Positions 54,627 through 57,572 of a stretch of 57,572 bases of DNA are shown one piece after another. Position 1 is the first letter of the stretch, and each line of letters starts with the position of its first letter. Below the pieces are notes generated by a model that saw nothing but the letters and a program-made list of their open reading frames with translations, had not been told where the DNA came from and did no database searches. Origin of the DNA: an uncultured Hyphomonadaceae bacterium. Its GTDB lineage: Bacteria; Pseudomonadota; Alphaproteobacteria; Caulobacterales; Hyphomonadaceae. The DNA lies in NCBI GenBank assembly GCA_964429935.1, contig CAYSED010000005.1, positions 1 through 57,572 of the forward strand, given 5' to 3'. A program made the position numbers and the translations under genes.

Positions 54627-56402
54627 ATGAAGACCGACATTTCGCAAGACACGACCACAATGACCGGGGCCGAAATGGTCATCACCGCCCTGAAGGAACA
54701 GGGGGTAGAGGTCATGTTTGGCTATCCGGGCGGCGCGGTCCTGCCGATCTATGATGCCCTCCACGAAGACGATGGCGCGAGCGGCATCCGCCACATCCTC
54801 GTCCGCCACGAACAGGGGGCCGGCCACGCCGCCGAAGGCTATGCCCGCTCGACCGGCAAGTGCGGCGTTGCGCTCGTCACCTCCGGCCCCGGCGCAACCA
54901 ACATGGTCACCCCGATCACCGATGCGATGATGGATTCCATCCCCATGGTCGTCATCACCGGCCAGGTGCCAAGCCACCTCATCGGCACCGACGCTTTCCA
55001 GGAGTGCGACACGGTCGGCATCACGCGCTGCTGCGCCAAGTACAATTATCTCGTCATGCATATCGAGGACCTCGCCGAGACGATCCACGAAGCCTTCCAT
55101 GTCGCGACCTCCGGTCGTCCCGGCCCCGTCGTCGTCGATATTCCGAAGGACATCCAGTTCGCCCGCGGGCCCTATCGCGGCAAGCATGTCGTCAACCTGC
55201 CGACCTATCGCCCGAAGACCGAACCGGACCCGGCCGCCATCCGGCAGGCCGTCCGACTGATGAAGGCTGCCAAGCGCCCCGTCTTCTATACCGGGGGCGG
55301 CGTCATCAATTCCGGCCCGCGCGCAGCAAAGGCCCTTCGCGCCCTCCAGGCCGCGACCGGCTTCCCCGTCACCTCCACGCTGATGGGGCTCGGGGCCTTC
55401 CCGGCCTCCCATCCGGACTGGCTCGGCATGCTCGGCATGCATGGCAGTTTCGAGGCGAACAATGCCATGCACGATTGCGACCTGATGATCTGTGTCGGCG
55501 CGCGCTTCGATGACCGCGTGACAGGCCGCATCGATGCGTTTTCGCCGGGTTCGGCGAAGATCCACATCGATATCGACGCATCCTCGATCAACAAGACCGT
55601 CCGGGTCGACCTGCCCGTGATTGCCGATTGCGGCAAGGCGCTAGAGGCCCTGCTCGAAGGCTGGACAGCGTCCGTGGCAAAGGCACCCTCGCTCGATAGC
55701 TGGAAGGCGGAGATTGCTGCCTGGCGCGCGCGGGACTGCTTTGCCTATGCGCCGTCGAGAACCGAGATCAAGCCGCAATACGCGATCGAGCGCCTTTACG
55801 CGCTGACGCGGGACCGCGACACCTATATCACGACCGAGGTCGGCCAGCACCAGATGTGGGCCGCCCAGTTCTACCGCTTCGAGGAGCCGAACCGCTGGAT
55901 GACGTCCGGCGGGCTCGGCACGATGGGCTATGGCCTGCCTGCCGCCGTCGGCGTCCAGGCGGCGCATCCGGGCGGCCTCGTCATCGACATTGCCGGGGAA
56001 GCCTCGGTCCAGATGGTCATGCAGGAAATGTCGACCGCCGTGCAGCACAACCTGCCGATCAAGGTCTTCATTCTCAACAATGAATGGATGGGCATGGTCC
56101 GCCAGTGGCAGCAACTCCTGCATGGCGAGCGCTATTCGCATTCCTATTCCGATGCGCTCCCGGATTTCGTCAAGCTGGCCGAAGCCTACGGGGCCCATGG
56201 CATACGCTGTGACGACCCGGCCGAGCTCGACGCCAAAATCATCGAAATGATCGACAGCCCGAAACCCGTCATCTTCGACTGCCGCGTCACCAAGAACGAG
56301 AACTGCCTGCCGATGATCCCGTCGGGTGCCGCCCATAATGAAATGATCCTCGCCGACATCACGGGCGACGAAATCAGCGAGGAAGGGCGCAAGCTCGTAT
56401 GA
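54627..56402 (+). CDS. ilvI: Acetolactate synthase (acetohydroxyacid synthase) large subunit
   Basis: GAEMVITALKEQGVEVMFGYPGGAVLPIYDAL and the ThDP motif GGLGTMGYGLPAAVG...NNEWMGMV. ATG 54627 has AAAGG upstream, with GTG 54612 as the alternative. Confidence 0.93.
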   Translation: MKTDISQDTTTMTGAEMVITALKEQGVEVMFGYPGGAVLPIYDALHEDDGASGIRHILVRHEQGAGHAAEGYARSTGKCGVALVTSGPGATNMVTPITDAMMDSIPMVVITGQVPSHLIGTDAFQECDTVGITRCCAKYNYLVMHIEDLAETIHEAFHVATSGRPGPVVVDIPKDIQFARGPYRGKHVVNLPTYRPKTEPDPAAIRQAVRLMKAAKRPVFYTGGGVINSGPRAAKALRALQAATGFPVTSTLMGLGAFPASHPDWLGMLGMHGSFEANNAMHDCDLMICVGARFDDRVTGRIDAFSPGSAKIHIDIDASSINKTVRVDLPVIADCGKALEALLEGWTASVAKAPSLDSWKAEIAAWRARDCFAYAPSRTEIKPQYAIERLYALTRDRDTYITTEVGQHQMWAAQFYRFEEPNRWMTSGGLGTMGYGLPAAVGVQAAHPGGLVIDIAGEASVQMVMQEMSTAVQHNLPIKVFILNNEWMGMVRQWQQLLHGERYSHSYSDALPDFVKLAEAYGAHGIRCDDPAELDAKIIEMIDSPKPVIFDCRVTKNENCLPMIPSGAAHNEMILADITGDEISEEGRKLV

Positions 56403-57187
56403 CCGCGTGTAGCTTTGAGTTGAGCGCGCTGCGCCTGTCATGGCAGGGTATGAGCAGCCTAGGCGAGGGGAGCAACGCGCCCGTGAACTCTGATTTCGAC
56501 CTTGTCGCCTTCGTCCTCCGGAATGCCCGCGAGATTCTCGGCTTCGGCTCGGCCGGGCTGGCCCTGCTTGGGGCGTTCGTGGCCGGTCGCCAGGCCCGCC
56601 GGGCCGACCATTTCGCCCAGCTTTCCGTGCGCCGCCAGTCCGATGAGCTGATCCTGCGCTGGGGCGAGGAGGCGATCGAGGCTCTCGCCGAAGCGCAGGA
56701 CCTCTGCGACCGCATGGACTTGCCGGATTTTCGCGAGCAACAGCTCGCAGTCGCCCGCACGCTCTCGGCACTTGTCGATCGCGGGCGGCTCTATTTCCCG
56801 AACATTGACGACAAGGGCCACGGCTTTCTTGCCCGCAAGGGCCACGGCGCACACAAGGAAGCCGCCTTTCGCGGCTGGCGTCCGCCCATTCTCGACGCGC
56901 TGATGTTCGCCTTCTACGAGGTCCGCGCTCTCGGCCAGACCGAAGCCTGCAAACAGGGCGGGGACTATATCTGGCGCTGCCGCCGTCTGTTCGTCTCGGA
57001 GCTGCAAAGCCATGTCGATCCGAAGGAGTTTGACCTCCTGCTCGAGCGCTTCAACCGCAAGAGCCGCGACGACCAGGCCGCCTCGGTCCGCCAGGCGAGC
57101 ACCTTGCGCGCCGAACTCATGAGCCGCCGCCCCGGTGCCATAGACGAGAGCGATGTCGCGCCCCGCCCCGGCAATGGTGCGTCATGA
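56399..57187 (+). CDS. Hypothetical protein inserted between the ilvI and ilvH cistrons
   Basis: 262-aa ORF with ATGA overlaps at both ends (56399-56402 and 57184-57187). It has one hydrophobic segment (ILGFGSAGLALLGAFVAG) and host-like GC. No family recognised. Confidence 0.5.
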   Translation: MTACSFELSALRLSWQGMSSLGEGSNAPVNSDFDLVAFVLRNAREILGFGSAGLALLGAFVAGRQARRADHFAQLSVRRQSDELILRWGEEAIEALAEAQDLCDRMDLPDFREQQLAVARTLSALVDRGRLYFPNIDDKGHGFLARKGHGAHKEAAFRGWRPPILDALMFAFYEVRALGQTEACKQGGDYIWRCRRLFVSELQSHVDPKEFDLLLERFNRKSRDDQAASVRQASTLRAELMSRRPGAIDESDVAPRPGNGAS

Positions 57188-57572
57188 GCCTCAAGCCGCC
57201 AGCCTCCGCCTATGACATGTCCCATGAGGACGAGGTCGCCGAGCGCCGCACGCTCGCGATCATGGTCGACAACGAGCCGGGCGTCCTCGCCCGTGTCGTC
57301 GGCCTGTTCTCCGCGCGCGGCTACAATATCGAGAGCCTGACCGTCGCCGAGGTCGACCAGACGCGCCACCGCTCGCGCATCACCATCGTCACCTCCGGCA
57401 CGCCGCACACGCTCGAACAGATCGAGGCCCAGCTCCTGCGGCTTGTTCCCGTCGGCAGCGTCGTCGACATCACGAAATCCAAGCGCGGCGTCGAGCGCGA
57501 GCTTGCCCTCTTCAAGGTCGCCGGCACCGGCGAGACCCTCGTCAAGGACCTGCGCATCGCCGAGATCTTCCG
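57184..57572 (+). CDS. ilvH: Acetolactate synthase small (regulatory) subunit, 5' part (runs off the window)
   Basis: My translation is MSLKPPASAYDMSHEDEVAERRTLAIMVDNEPGVLARVVGLFSARGYNIESLTVAEV... (ACT domain). It is absent from the ORF track because no stop lies in the window. Confidence 0.9.
   Translation, partial: MSLKPPASAYDMSHEDEVAERRTLAIMVDNEPGVLARVVGLFSARGYNIESLTVAEVDQTRHRSRITIVTSGTPHTLEQIEAQLLRLVPVGSVVDITKSKRGVERELALFKVAGTGETLVKDLRIAEIF

Noticed and set aside
52032-56852. Long ORFs 52032-53300 (+), 53450-54454 (-), 54483-55565 (-) and 55641-56852 (-)
   Set aside because: They are antisense to degP/serB, miaA and ilvI respectively, all of which carry diagnostic motifs. These ORFs are shadows.

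Overview
This is a high-GC window whose gene content and order look alphaproteobacterial; that assignment is inference. I call about 55 protein genes and 2 tRNAs. I found no rRNA, CRISPR array or IS/transposase.

**Left third (1-18.6 kb).** It holds a truncated TonB-dependent receptor, a HigBA-like toxin-antitoxin pair and a protease-RimK fusion. A polysaccharide/O-antigen cluster of about 12 kb follows. That cluster contains a CDP-sugar branch (rfbF, rfbC, a dehydratase-like SDR, a SAF-domain oxidoreductase), three glycosyltransferases, a Wzx flippase and an ACP/acyl-ligase/reductase/thioesterase/acetyltransferase module. A patatin-like lipase and a DUF1272 gene come next.

**Middle (18,682-28,698).** This is a genomic island integrated into the 3' end of tRNA-Gly(UCC). 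It is bounded by a perfect 17-bp direct repeat whose copies lie exactly 10,000 bp apart, and it has a tyrosine integrase next to the tRNA.

Its AT-richer cargo is the most interesting content of the window: a type-I-secretion bacteriocin-like locus. The locus consists of:
- a C39-peptidase ABC exporter
- a HlyD adaptor
- a 291-aa substrate with a textbook 15-aa double-glycine leader and a glycine-zipper hydrophobic segment
- an S9-family serine-peptidase lipoprotein
- a 96-aa zinc-ribbon/2-TM protein

The peptidase lipoprotein and the zinc-ribbon protein are not parts of the bacteriocin loci I know.

**Right half (28.7-57.6 kb).** It is housekeeping:
- tRNA-Tyr, an rlmB-like gene, fpr and chorismate mutase
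- leuA with a Leu-rich leader ORF
- mrp/apbC, hflKC-DUF2065 and degP
- serB, miaA and ilvI/ilvH

Several oddities sit among these genes:
- hairpin-repeat modules between the two tRNAs
- a REP-like palindrome family
- five TGTCCCACC repeats in a divergent promoter
- a low-GC GNAT insertion
- an unknown gene translationally coupled between ilvI and ilvH

Many long ORFs in the track are antisense shadows typical of high-GC DNA, and I rejected them.
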